DNA of 64,000 nucleotides from Podarcis cretensis (lineage: Eukaryota), in contig OX638154.1 of NCBI GenBank assembly GCA_951804945.1, forward strand, positions 44,888,001 to 44,952,000. Direction: 5' to 3'. Made by a program: the position numbers and the translations under genes. The notes beneath the pieces were generated by a model. That model searched no databases. It was not told the origin of the DNA and worked only from the letters and a program-made list of their open reading frames with translations. Within the stretch, counting starts at the first letter, position 1. Each line of letters opens with the position of its first letter. This document shows, piece after piece, positions 1-12,723 of this stretch.

Positions 1-562
1 GGGTTTCCTCATCTCAAATCGTTGCTGTATGCGGCTCCTCCCAAGCGTAAGGTCAAGATTTCCCCTTGCATTAATGCAGTTGCCTTGGCAGTAGCATTCT
101 CAGTCACATGCAGGCTAGTGCATTCAAAGTGGGGTGGGGTTCAGTGTACTGCTGAACACTTTCTAGTGCTATGACATAAAAGCAATTAGCCTTCAAAGAA
201 AGTTCTAGAACAGTGCAGACCCCATTTTTCAAAAGCCATGCCAGGGACACCCTACATTTGAAAATTTTGATATCTCTGTGGTAGTTTTTGTTCATGTGTG
301 TGGGGGGGGGCAAGACACGTCTTCTGACCTACTTAAGAGCACTGCCCCCCCCCTCCATGGGATATCCTGGACAATTGACAAGTACGTTCCACAGACCAAC
401 CAATTGAGAAGCACTGTTCATGGTCTTATATTCTAAGACGGGCTTATAGACTATAATGGAAGCTTTGCACGGCTGGGGAGTGGGTGAATGGGGGGGGGGC
501 TGAATATATTGCATGTGTGGAGTAGCTAGGGTTGAAACCCTACATCTTTCAGGTACTTAATA

Positions 563-880
563 CAGTGGTGCCTCGCAAGACGAAATTAATCCGTTCCGCG
601 AGTCTCTTCGTCTAGCGGTTTTTTCGTCTTGCGAAGCAAGCCCATTGACGGCTTAGCGGATTAGCGCTATTAGCGGCTTAGCGGATCAGCTGATAAGCAG
701 CTTAGTGGCTTAGAAAAGGGGGGGGGGAGGAAAAAACCCTGCAGGAACTCGCAAGACATTTTCGTCTTGCGAAGCAAGCCCATAGGGAAATTCGTTTTGC
801 GAAGCGCCTCCAAAACGGAAAACCCTTTTGTCTAGCGGGTTTTCCGTCTTGCGAGGCGTTCGTCTTGCGGGGCACCACTG
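563..880. mobile_element. Tc1/mariner (Tigger/pogo-like) MITE, family A, copy 1
   Basis: TIRs CAGTGGTGCC(T/C)CGCAAGACGAA, flanked by TA on both sides (561-562, 881-882). Confidence 0.9.
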
Positions 881-1519
881 TATAGCAATCAGTGGTTTGG
901 GGAGGGAAAATTTTTTCAATGCCTTACTTGTCCGTGGAAATGTTTCCATTTTCTAAATTCCTTAGTAACAAGCATGGGTGCCAGTTGCAAATAAGTAAGA
1001 GGCAAGCTTGGCAGTTTTGAAGTTATTAGCTTTGCATAATAAATACAAGTAAAATAAACACACTTAAATTAGATCACTCTCTAGGATAGGGTTGGGGAAT
1101 TGGATCTGGCTGGTGGGCCAGATCTTTATCTCCATGCCAAGGCCCCCCCCATGAGTGAAGTTTGACAGGTGGGTGGGGTCACCCACTTGTCAATCAACTG
1201 ATGTCACAGTGACACCTGGTGATTCCCTTTTTGCCTGCGCAGTTTGAAACCAAACCACAAAGGTAAAAAAGTGGACAGCATTTCCCTGTCACTGACTATC
1301 AGCTGATTATTGTTTCTTGGGAAGCACTGAATGCAGAGCTTGCAAATCCCATTGCACAGGACTTCCTAAGTGCCAGCAATCAGCTGGTTAACACAGCTTT
1401 GCAAGCCCTGAGCAGAAAAAGCAATGATAAGGACTAGGGCAAATTCTGACTTCACATAAAAGTTTGTAAGGTGTGAAGTCTTAGTGACTGACCAGGAATG
1501 AGATTTTGGTGTGTTAGGT

Positions 1520-2010
1520 TGAATAAAATGTTAACCCAGTGTACAGCAGTTCTAAAAAGGGCAAAATCTGTATTAGGGAGCACTAGAAAAACGGACTAAC
1601 AATCAAACTGCCAAGATCATAAAAGTGTTACACAAACACATGTTGTCACTGCACTTGGACTGCAGTTTTCAGTTATGGTGGCCACATCTCAAAAAGGATA
1701 TCATAGAGCTGGAGAATGTTCAGAAAAGGGCAACTCACTAGTGAGGAAAAATTACAACATTTGAGGTCTTTTATGTTTAAGAACAAAGGCAAGTAAGGAG
1801 GAGCAGGGTAGAGGCACATTAAATTTTGCAGAGTGTAGAGAAACGAAACAGAGAAGTCTCCCCCCTCCTTTCATAATACCAGAACTAGAGGTCATTCAAT
1901 GAAGCTGAACACGGGAAGGTTCAGGGCAGACAAAGGAAAGTATTTCTTCACACATAAACTGTGAAATTCGCCCCTACAGGATATAGAAATGGCTAGCAGC
2001 TTGGGTGACT
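1520..2010 (+). mobile_element. Degenerate CR1 LINE fragment
   Basis: Recognisable CR1 ORF2 3' motifs (AAAAAGGATATCATAGAGCTGGAGAATGTTCAGAAAAGGGCAAC; AGAACTAGAGGTCATTCAATGAAGCTG). Bounds are approximate. Confidence 0.7.
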
Positions 2011-2702
2011 TTGTACCGCCTCCATTCTCAGAGGTGGCATCTCTGAGTACCAGCTATGGTGTTGCTCTCTTGTCCTGCTTGCAGGCTTCCCAAAAGCACC
2101 ATGTTGGCTACTGTGAGATCTAGATGAGCCTTTGGTCTGATCTAACGGGCATCGTAGTCCTGAGAACTGCAGACTGTGAGACTATTGCCATTGAATTTTT
2201 TAATGAGTATTTTCAAAAGGCTCCAAGGGAAAGACTCACAGAAGCCGCATTCAGACTCAATATTTGCTAGATGTGTGGAGGCACAACTGTAGGGTAATTT
2301 AGCCTGCTGGAATTCATATTTGAAACACTTAATTTTTTTCAAGTAGAGGCAAAGTCTCCGCCGTCAGGTACTGGTCACCTATATAGAATGCTTGAGCCTG
2401 GTCTCAGGCTTAGGATACAGAACAAGGATAAGGTATTTCTAACCCTACTTCATAAGACCTTCCTGTTCATACATATCTAAGAATAATAGAATAATCAGAA
2501 CTCTACTAGGATGCTAGTTGCCCCGCAAACCCCTTTGCATGATATTGAAGAAAAAATTCACTGTGAATGTGCTCCACTGGAGCAGAAAAGCCTATCCTCC
2601 GAACCAACCAAAGCATAGATGTTTGAAGGAGCTCTGTTATTGCTGCAGTGAAAATTTTAAGTGGAAATGAACAGCACCCCCTTCTTCTCTCTTCTTTCCT
2701 AG

Positions 2703-2873
2703 GACTGCCTGAAAGCTTGTCAGGAGCAGATTGAGGTGGCCTTAGCAGAGAACCTGAAACAGACCTCACAGCCTCAGCAAGAGTACAGCCCCTCCAAGGA
2801 TGCCGTTTACCCTGACAGCCAGGATGTCAGCCTGACCAGCACACCTACGGATGTCACAGACATCAACCTGTGA
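2703..2873 (+). CDS. CCND3: Cyclin D3, terminal coding exon (upstream exons lie outside the window)
   Basis: Polypyrimidine tract plus TAG acceptor (2700-2702), then DCLKACQEQIEVALAENLKQ...SLTSTPTDVTDINL*. This is the D-cyclin C-terminus with the TPTDV phosphodegron. The tail-to-tail position with BYSL matches known CCND3 synteny. Missed by the ORF track because it has no ATG. Confidence 0.93.
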   Translation, partial: DCLKACQEQIEVALAENLKQTSQPQQEYSPSKDAVYPDSQDVSLTSTPTDVTDINL

Positions 2874-4660
2874 CCAGCCCCTCCCTCCAATCACCCAGCT
2901 CCCAGCAAGTAGAACTTAACGCAGGAAAAGAAGCCTCCCAGAACATTCTGCCTGTGCCATGTGATCACTGAAGAATAAGGGGAGTGGGAGAAAATGACCC
3001 CATGAGCATAACCTTTGTAATGAGACCGTGTGGGATTTGGGTCTTGGAGGAATGGCGTGGGAGGGACTCCAAAAGGGAATAGGCCCCTTGCAGTTGGACT
3101 GTTTCTGCCTTGCTAGCCTGGTTTTTCCTAGGATGAGGGGACCTTCCTGTGGTGTTTTGAGCCACGCTTGAACTCGGGAAGGATAGGTGAGCTTAGCGTC
3201 AGTTCAAAAGTTCTTCAATTTGGGTTTGCTTCGTTGGAGGACGCGCTGCTGATCACTGCTGTTTTGTCCCAATCTTTGCTGCATGCCTGTTGCATGTGTG
3301 TCAAGAGAGAAAACGCACTTTTGTTATATAGACCGCCTTCACCTTAACATGAAGAAGTTGAAACATGCACCTGAGACATCCTTGGCTGAAGCCGCTCTGC
3401 TCACCCAGCCATGTGTGGGCACCTGGTAGAGAGAGACCAGGCTATATTTAAAGTCCAGCACTGGAATCTCTTTACCAGTCCCAGGGAAGTCTTAGTTCTC
3501 CTTTGATTATTAATAGTATCACAATCCATTAACCCTTCAGAGTCTTTTAGCCTGTACAGGAGAAATAAGTGGGTTTTGGCTCGCTTTTTGTAGGTGCTTG
3601 TAAAGTGCTGCTTTCCAGATAAAATATTGGGGGTTGGGGAGAATCCCCTCTTCACTAGAAACCCAAGGGGGAAATTTCTACTTGATGCACCAGTTGCCTT
3701 CTCTTACTCCTGTGAGACCCGAGTTACTTTATTTATTGTGAGGATCAAACCTTACAAAGCCACAAAGCACGATCAGAAGCTCAGTAGGGTATGTTGTCCT
3801 GATTCATCCCTTTTGCCATATAACAGAGTGCCTTAATGTCCTTCCTCGTCCTCCTTCATACCTCTCTGGGCTGCTTACTTTGATAGAGTCAAGGTCATTC
3901 CCGATCAGAGTACACCCAACAAGTGCTGCTATACTTGTATGTACAAATCCCTCCTGTCTTCACTGCCAAAAAAGAAACAAAAAAGGGCAGGAGAGCTACA
4001 TGCAAGGGATGGGTGATGGAGGAGAAGGAAGTCCAGCTATACAAATCTATTCTGAGCAAATAAAAAGGGGGTTAAGAGTGATCTCTTTCCCCTAAAGAGT
4101 TTACAATATAATGAGCTGCGACTGCACTGGACTAGAGAGTTGTATTGTTCTTGTGTGTTTTGTTCAGGAAAAAGGTGTGTATGTGTTTTTCCTAAATGCT
4201 GCTTTTATGAGAGACTTTAGAAACCTTTGGTGTGGGGGAACTGTAGCAATGGGAGCAAACTTTGTCTTTTGAATTCTAGTGGCATTTCATTATTCAACCC
4301 TCCAGCTGGAAAAAGAAACATGAACTGATGCTACCTAAAACACCACTGGAGACCCGTCACCTTGGCCAACAGGAAAAAGCCTCTCTCTTACTATGTTTTT
4401 GCCTTTCCTTTTCCCTCATTGTGCTTACGCCGATTAGTCAAAATTAATGTGCTATCAGCATTTCTGATAAGTAAGTCTATTGGAACAAGTTTGAAGACGA
4501 GAGGAATGTATTCTATAGATACATCCACCCAACTATATATTAGAGCTTTGAATAAAGTTTGTCAATATGATAGTCACTGTCACTCGAAACCCTCCTGTTA
4601 AGGAAATTATACCTTTCTGATATTTTACCATACTGCAATAAAGCATTTTTTAAAATTGGC
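2874..4660 (+). other. CCND3: Probable CCND3 3' UTR with polyadenylation signals AATAAA at 4551-4556 and 4637-4642
   Basis: Repeat-poor stretch after the stop codon, ending in two AATAAA hexamers followed by U/GU-rich sequence. The 3' end is approximate. Confidence 0.6.
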
Positions 4661-6419
4661 ACTCTCTTGTCTTCTTTCCTGGGTGATGGAAATAAGACTG
4701 AAAAGAACCAAATGCATCTAAAATACAGCTTGCTTGACTTGTTCCTCTAAGAAATCGGCCTGTTGAGAATAAAAGACAAGAACGCTTTCTTGATTTCTGC
4801 CTTGCTAACGTAATCCACTTTTAACAATTTGATTCTGACAAGCTGATTTCAAAACACAGGAGGCCTCTTGGCTGTAGCAACTTTGGCTAGCTGTTCTAGA
4901 TAGCTGGCTAGCTGTTCTATATAGGTTTATAGCAACCGGTATTCTTGTAAGACCTTTGTGTTATGCCTGTCTCTCTTCATGAGTCTTTCCCCCTCCTACC
5001 CTATTTACTTCATGATTTTTGCAAGGACACAGCTGCTTCTTCCTACAAGCAATACAAAGGAAGTGACCCAAGACACTGATGCAGTCAGCTTGCTGGCCAT
5101 CCTTCTGCTCTACCCTAAGCCACTTGCTGCCCTAGCATACAGAAGAGCTTTCTCCTTAGCTTGACATCTTTCTCCAGTCCGAAACCCATCCTTGCAGGTT
5201 TGTCTTGGGCACTAGGCATGGGAGATCTCCAGCCGTACCAGCACTAGGCGGCTTCAGCAGGCTCATTTACCAGCTCTGCATGGAGTTAACAGCTTTCGCC
5301 TGTGACCGCTTCGGCTAAGTGATGCCAAGTAGATAGATGGGAGACGTGCAAATTGTTCTGTAATCTGCGCTCGGGCAAGAGGCTGTCCTAGGGGACATCT
5401 TCCCAGTGCAAACAAACTTACTGCACAGAGGAGCCACTCAACCAAATCTCCCCTGGAGCTAAAAGCTGTTCAAAACCAATTACTCTTCTCTACCCAGCTG
5501 CTGCTAGAACAGCACTGAGCGCGTCTGCTTTGTGAACATGGGCATCAACGCTCAGACATTTAATGCGGCCCTAGGGCTGCAAAGCACAGGAGGCCAGCAA
5601 TAGGAGAGGGTTGCCCTCTGATATCCTCTCCTTGTTAACCAAGGTTAGAAACGTGGCTGCAAGACCCCGAGCATCTAGATAGAGCAAGGATGGGCAGCCA
5701 GAGGGCAGCACAGAGCCTTCCTTCACTCCCCCAGTGGCCTGGCAAGTCCCCAGAGAGCTGTGCCCACTTTCCCCCACTGCCTAGCTATCAAGCTGGGAAA
5801 AGATTGCCGTTCTCATGCTGCTAATAGAGGGAAGCCAGGGAAAATATACCGTGGAAAGAAGCCACTATGGGAACAGGCTTGTTAAAGCACCACAAGTGAT
5901 TGTTCACAGCTGTTTCTTGTTCTCAGGGGACGCCTCAAATTCAGCAGCACAGAAACCTAAATGTTGCTGCAACTTGAATTATGGTCCAATTTACCAGACC
6001 ATTTTGGTAACGAGGGAGGAGGGAAGTGGTGGGTGGGGTGGGCACACACAAGTTGTAAAAGACTAGAGCCACTCTCTTTAGTCACCAAATGTGGTTGGTG
6101 TATTTAAGAAGCCTTTGATCACTTAACAAGGTGCCCTTGATTAACTGGGAAGCAATTGCATTTAATAGTGCAGGAAGAAAACACCATCTTTTGAAGAGGC
6201 ACTTTTCTCCTCCCACAAGAAGGAATAGGCAAGAGCTTTGAGCCACAAGCCTCCAGTGGAGCTCCTTCACCTTGAACAGTTGCGTGACAGGCAAAAATGC
6301 AACATGCAAAACTCCTTGCACCTGGAGATGTGGTTGAAGAGCCATGTATGCTCTATATGTATTCTATACTGGAACATCCAGGGCTCTTTACACATATGTT
6401 CTGCCACAGCAATATGTGT

Positions 6420-6930
6420 ATTGAGCATATTACACCAATCCTGGCCAGACCACTGGCTGCCAATTAATTTCTGGGTCCAATCAAAGTGCTGGTTTTGACA
6501 TATAGCGCCTTAAAACAGCTCAGGATTGCAATACCTCAAGGACTACCTCTCCCCACATGAACCAACCTGGGACTCTTGTGATCATCATCTGAGGCCCTTC
6601 TTCATGTTTCCCCTCCACAAAAGGTCCAGAAGGTGGCAGTACAAAAACAGGCCTTTTCTGTGGTGGCTCCCCATTTGTGGAATGCTGTCCCCATGGAGGT
6701 TCATCGGGTGTCTTCATTACATATTTTTAGGTGCCAGATCAAAACCTTTCTCTATAAATAGGCCTTTGTCTGATTAGCATTCCATGACCTTTTAAATGTG
6801 TTTGTGAGAGCAGGATTATTGGCTTGCTTTTGTTTTATTATGTATTTTGTGTTCTCATTGTGTATTTTTCTGTTGTGAACTGCCCTGTGCTCTTTGGATG
6901 AAGGACAATATACAAATTTAATTAATAACT
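6420..6930 (+). mobile_element. Degenerate L2 LINE 3' fragment
   Basis: HITP..HWLP motif, YLKDYLSP, AFSVVAP.LWN-like segment and an AT-rich tail. Bounds are approximate. Confidence 0.72.
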
Positions 6931-7571
6931 TTTCTGAAAAAAGGTTGCTGGTTACTCAGATATTTATTCTGGGCATTACGTGCAATTTCAAACTTATGCA
7001 CCTCATTTGGGTTTATATACCAGTAGTATGGGCATTAACCAAGCTCTAGCATGCCTTTATTTTTAGACCTGTACTATGAATAGCCTAGCCTTAGAAACCT
7101 AGAAAGCCAAAAATCTAATCTTCAAATGTATAAATACCCAGCTGACAGATTTAGCTATGAACATCTACCTAGATGGGACAGGGAAAGAGACAAGAATATG
7201 GGGTGCTCAGCTGCAGTAACCTGATGACATACATGATGGCTGCTGCTTATATGGGAAAACAACAGGAAGCGCATCAAATTAACAGAGGGTGGGGCAGCAG
7301 GGACTCGGTGCATCTCAATTGGCAATGGCTAACTTGTTCCAGGGGTCCAAGTCTTCTTCAGCCAGTCTAGCTATGGGGGGTTTGAGCAGCCCAGCCCCAA
7401 CGCCCGAGGTGACTTCATATCATCATAAAAGATCCCTGGAGCACCTCTCTATTCCAGTGCTGGAGACCGCCCAGCTCAGAGGCAGCATACAAGCCTCAGG
7501 CAAGTTGTGCTGAGCTGGGTGTAAGATGGTTTCCCAAAGACTTGTTCAGAGAAACAGCTTAGGCCTAGCTC

Positions 7572-7710
7572 AAGGTTGGGGAGCCTATGGCCCTCTAGAT
7601 GTAGCTGGACTACAACTCCCACCATACACGGCAATTTGCAACGCTGGCTGGAGCAAATGGGATGCGGGGATTCCTATAACATCTGGAGGGCCAGAGGCTT
7701 CCCACCCCAA
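7572..7710. mobile_element. Short hairpin-forming hAT-type MITE (related decayed copies at about 13750-13890, 46965-47095 and 55740-55840)
   Basis: Imperfect palindrome with the recurring core CAGATGTTGCTG(G/A)ACTACAACTCCCA...CAACATCTGGAGGG. Confidence 0.6.
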
Positions 7711-8438
7711 TGCAGTTTTCCCCAACTGACAACCAGGAAAGCAAGTGGACGGCCAGTTTGGGAGTTTATGGCTCTCAGGCACAATGTGTGGTGCTTGGGC
7801 TGTGTCACCCTCAAAAGCAAAGCAGGCCACATTCATCACAGAAGTGCAACGGTCAACCCAACAGCCCCTGCGAGACCAGCAGCAACATGCCAGACGCCAC
7901 CTGTGAGCCAAACGGGCCAGAAAGGCTGGATACAGCTCACGGGCCACCAAGACTGGTCCCCCCTGCTGTAAAAGAGTAAGATTCTTGACTACCAATATTT
8001 CCATTGAAGGCCAGATCCTACAGAGCAATTACAACCCCCTGCAGTTGGTAGATGCTCTTTCCTCCCTACTAATCTGCAGCTCAATGGTATATCTCCCTGC
8101 TGTTGATCAGAAACTTGCATCCACCAGGACCTCAAAAGGGGCAAGTAGTCACTGCAGCCCTTTAACAGCAGCTCTGTTGCAAAAAGGGGGACCCATTTCT
8201 CATGAGAGGGATGCTGGTTTCTAATCACCATGAATGCATGTCGAGTCAAAAGGGGGCAGAGGGCTTACAAATACTTTCAACCCTGCATAAATAAGGCTTC
8301 TGTGGATCAAAGCAGTGAGGGTACAAACCCTATTTGTTCGCCAGCGTGCTGTAGCTTCAAGTTCAAACCAGCAGCTGCCTTTGACTCAGAGGTTCTCCTG
8401 TGATCACAATCTGTGGAGTCCCCCTTCCCATCCTCCGT

Positions 8439-8787
8439 TCACTCCATTGCCACTGGCTGCATCCCCTCCACATCCCGGCACTTGGAGTTCACTAGCTCCC
8501 TGCGGATCTCTGGAGAGATCTGGGGGTGGCTGTGAAACTTGAGCAGCTCTAAGAGGGCTTCTTTCTGCTCTGAGGACAGGTCCTCTTTGTATCGCTGGGC
8601 AAAGGTCAGGAGGCACTGGTGCCAGAGGACAGGCAGGGTGCGTCGGTCCGTCCGGAAGGCGAGGAAGTGAAAGACCAGGGCATCCACCACACGGAAAGGC
8701 AAGGCGTACTTCTTGTCAATGAGCAGGCGGAGAAAGATGCTATTGGCGCCACTGTACTCCATCTCAGCAATCTTTAGCATAGCAGCC
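8439..8787 (-). CDS. BYSL: Bystin exon 7, terminal coding exon (349 nt)
   Basis: CAG acceptor; [41 protein letters not shown]...[12 protein letters not shown]. The seven exons sum to 1341 nt = 446 aa plus stop with consistent phases. Confidence 0.97.
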
Positions 8788-9249
8788 CTGTGGGGGTGGA
8801 GGAGGGGAAGAAAAGGAGGAGCAAATGAGGCTTTGTTGCAGATCCACATCAATGGATGACCCTCCATTCATGAAAGCCAAGGGAAGAGAAAAAGTGACAC
8901 AAGGAAATTGCCACAGTTTAGTTAAGGTTCCTTTGATAGTCACACTGCAGACCCTCAGCCCAGCTACAAGCGTGGATTCAGAATACAATCTGTAATGGGG
9001 AAGCCCATGCAGGCTTAGGAAGACTTTCCCCAAGACAGCAAAGGTGTTTCTGACCCCCCCCCGGGGGGGGGGGGAGGGAGAGAGAGAGATGCATGGGAGA
9101 AAAGGCAGGAAAGTCTATCCAGTCCTACCATTCCAGAGTGGCTGGGGAAACACAGCCAGATGGGCGGGGTATAAATAATAAAATTATTTATTATTGTTAT
9201 CATTAGTGCAATTTCCCTTCCACCTCGAAATTAGCCTAACTCTTCTTAC

Positions 9250-9352
9250 CCAGAGTGAAGGACAGGGATGGAACACTTGGTGAGGATGCTGCCCACAATG
9301 ATGGCTTCTCGCAGTGTGCATGTTCCTGACTCACATATTGGGAGGAGGATCC
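9250..9352 (-). CDS. BYSL: Bystin exon 6 (103 nt)
   Basis: TAG acceptor, GG|GTAAG donor; [33 protein letters not shown]. Confidence 0.96.
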
Positions 9353-10158
9353 CTAGGGAGATGACGGGGGGAGGGGGAGAAAGGAGCATCATATAGATAT
9401 CTCTTATACAGACACAGAAAATATTTCATCAAAGGCTAAAACTATTTTTTAAGGGGGGCGGGAAATCATTCAGTTCTTTCGCATCTAGAAGGCTGATGCA
9501 AGAATATGCAACACACACATACCACAGTAACAACACCTCTGCACAGTTCAGTATTATTTATCAATAAAATAAAGTTTAAGAATAATTCACCAAACCCAGA
9601 AGCAGCTTCCCCTTGAGGCTTTCCTCCTAGCCTGTCTTACTTCTGGGACTGGAGCCTATCAGAGAGAAAACTGCCAACTTTTTTTTTTTTGGGGGGGGGG
9701 GAGGAACAGGACTGAGCAGCAGGAATGAGCAATTTTCTTTGTTTCCACTTTGTGTCAGGTTGGTAATGATTTCACTCATAATTCCATTCTGTATTTGGGG
9801 TTTTGTTGCTGAAAAACAAACCCTCACAAAACAAACCATCACAAAATATGTGATAAATGCATATTTATCGAGTGCATATTTTGATAATTTTAAACTACCG
9901 TGAACTGTGTTCCAGAGGCACCAAAGCTTCCAAATGCCAGTTGCTGGAAACCACAGGAGGGGAGAGGGCTCTTGTCTTCAGATTCTGCTTGAGAGTTTCT
10001 CTCAGGCCTCTGGGTAGCCACTGTGAGAACAGGATGCTGGACCAGATGGGTCGTCAGCCTGATCCAGCAGGCTCTTGTGTTATTATAGTGAAATATATGA
10101 ACCCCTGGATAAACCTCATTTCCATGTATTTGTCCTCCAAGGTCAACTTTCCACTCAC

Positions 10159-10319
10159 CTTTGAACCAGGCTCCAGGTTTGAACAAGGCCTTCTTCAACG
10201 CCATGTAAAGATGGAAGTTGAGGCGCTTATATTCAGCAATGTCATCTCTGACTCGCGGGAGAAGCACCAGATTGTAGAACCTCTGGGCCATCCTCTCTTT
10301 GAGGTTAGAGGAAAAGATC
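10159..10319 (-). CDS. BYSL: Bystin exon 5 (161 nt)
   Basis: TAG acceptor, G|GTGAG donor; [53 protein letters not shown]. Confidence 0.97.
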
Positions 10320-12023
10320 CTAGGGAAAGGAACAAAGGCATTTGGGGAGAGAGGGTGGAAATGGAGAAAAAGAGAAGCAACCTGAGTTAGGATAGTTGGA
10401 GAACTGGTCAACTTCCCTCCTTGTGCTTGCACTATGCAATACATGTATAACTGCAGCATTCCACATTGCCGCCCCCCCCCCCCCCCCCATCTTGACTTTA
10501 TACTTCAAGCTTTTGAGGCTGCGGAATCATTTTTATTTATCTACACATTTCTATGCTGCCTTTTCAACCTAACCCTTCACAGTTTTGGTTCCTCTTTACC
10601 AAATAAAGCGGCAAATTACAACGGTATAAAATAAAAATACAATCCGAAACAAGGACAGCAGCACACACAAAAAGCCAGATCCTCAAATTATTTTGTTCTC
10701 ATAAAAAAGAAAAGAGATGTCCATGCAAGATATATCAGAGTCAGGCAACTAGCCATGCACCACCAACACCAATTCCTAATGGTTTATGTGTAAGAGGAGA
10801 TTCGTTTTAGGAATGGCCTGTGTCTTTCGCCAGAGCTGCACACTGCACTGTGTATCACCAAAGAGGAAGAGGAACCAAAGTTCTCTCTCCGAGAGAACAC
10901 GGAACAAGCATCAGATGCATTTACACTTGTGGCTTCCTCCCAGGGCCCACTGTGCTGTATCTCAAGAGCTCTGGGTCCTAATGCTCTGTTTCAGGTCCTC
11001 CTGGCTGAAAGACATGGTGCTAGAAAGGTCTCTCCCCCCCCCCCATTTTAAATACTTTATTGAAATTCATAGATAACATACACAATATACCAAGATGAAA
11101 ACAATCATGTACTAATAATCTTATATAGGTTTACAAAAATCAAATTTAAATTAAGTTTATGCAATCTCTTTTTTCCTATCTTTTTGCTAACATAGAATAG
11201 ACTTCCTATCATTTCCCGATGCATATAACTTTTCTGGTGATGAATGTACTTATCATTATTTCCTTACTCTTTCTGTACTTTCTAATACTTTCTTACAACA
11301 ATTCGTACCTTTTTGCTAATTTCTTAACAGTTCATTTAAACAAGGGTCATTGAAACGCTGCCATAGATAGAAAGGTCATTTTTTAATCAGACATTGCATA
11401 TTCTCTTTGTTCCTGCTTGGACACGCTTTGTCAAATAACAGGTTTCTTTTTACAAGAGGAGCCTCATGAACTGCAATACTGGGCATGAGTAGTTGAGTAG
11501 ATGGGAGGAGGAGTGCTGGTGGTGAGATCAAAGCAACCTGACTGCCCACACACTGGGGAGTGGGGCAGGGGGCAGAATCTGATCTCGTGCCCAGGAATAT
11601 GATGGGGGGGGGGGTTCCCACTTCTGAAAAGCAGCAAACTTAAGCGCAGGGTGATGTGTATGTGCATGCATTAAAAAGTGCAGTGTAGTGCTACGATCCC
11701 CAAATGAAAGAAAAGGAGCTATTGGAAATATAAACACGAACTGCTCTGTAATCAATCCACACATTTACTTTTCCCATGTGTAGGACAGTGATATTGCAGA
11801 AATAAGTATCAGTATTATTGAAACAAGGACTTTCATTTCTGTATGTCACTGAACATAAGGACTCATCTGCTGCATAGTGCTGTATTTTGGCTATTCGACC
11901 TACTGAAGGATGATCAGAGCAAAAAGCAAGAATCAAAGGAATTGTGGCAGCTCATGGGATGGGGCAAGATGAAACCTTCAAGACAACACATTATTCCCTG
12001 CAGTGTCACAGATGGAGTCCTAC

Positions 12024-12157
12024 CTTGTTGCCTGGTACATGGCAGCTGCTGTCCACGTTTCAGGCTCTGTGATATACAGGATCTGCTCCCAGTTGGACAA
12101 GGCTGGGATGATCTTGAATGCCTTAGGCAGTTTCCCACTCCTATATTTTGACAGTAC
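12024..12157 (-). CDS. BYSL: Bystin exon 4 (134 nt)
   Basis: CAG acceptor, AG|GTAGG donor; [44 protein letters not shown]. Confidence 0.96.
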
Positions 12158-12584
12158 CTGAAAAAGAAATGGGGGGGGGGGGGGAGAGATGAATTTAACA
12201 CGGACAAGCAGACAAGGCTACTTTATTCCAGGGTTTATACCTATTGTTTAAGAGATCTTCAGTGAATGTATTTTAAGAAGCATTCAGATAGGATATTCTT
12301 AATTTTCCACATACTAGCAAAATCTGTACCACTCTATCAGCATGGAAACAAATTCTAGTTAATATTCATATGTATAATGCATCATCTTAACCTATAGTGC
12401 CAGTACGGAAACACGGCCATTAGCTGTTCCCCACCCACACCATTCATGCTATGGGTGGTGAATCAGAGCAAGCAAAGAGTTGCCCAAAACTAAGATTTCT
12501 AAACGCTGCAGCAGCTGGACTAAGTCCAACCTGATGTGTGCAGAAGCACACACACCTATTTGCCAGAAGTAGCATTATTCTTAC

Positions 12585-12723
12585 TTCTTTGACACCCTTG
12601 TAGACTTCCAGGACACGGGGATTAAGCTGTGGCATGGGCAGACCAGATATTTCAGACATCACAGTTTCCACCTCTGTCTGCTTCTCAGTGATCTTCTCCA
12701 TGATAATGTCTGCCAAGGTGCGC
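12585..12723 (-). CDS. BYSL: Bystin exon 3 (139 nt)
   Basis: TAG acceptor, GAA|GTAAG donor; [46 protein letters not shown]. Confidence 0.96.

Noticed and set aside
6830-8438. BYSL polyadenylation site
   Set aside because: Several minus-strand AATAAA candidates exist (for example about 7036-7041 and about 6963-6968), but none can be chosen from sequence alone.
9054-9074. C9G12 tract and other poly-G/poly-C runs as functional G-quadruplex or hairpin elements
   Set aside because: Such homopolymers are frequent throughout this window and are prone to sequencing error; there is no specific support.
9857-10459. Long overlapping ORFs (177 aa +, 189 aa -)
   Set aside because: Explained by BYSL exon 5 plus flanking intron and its antisense shadow.
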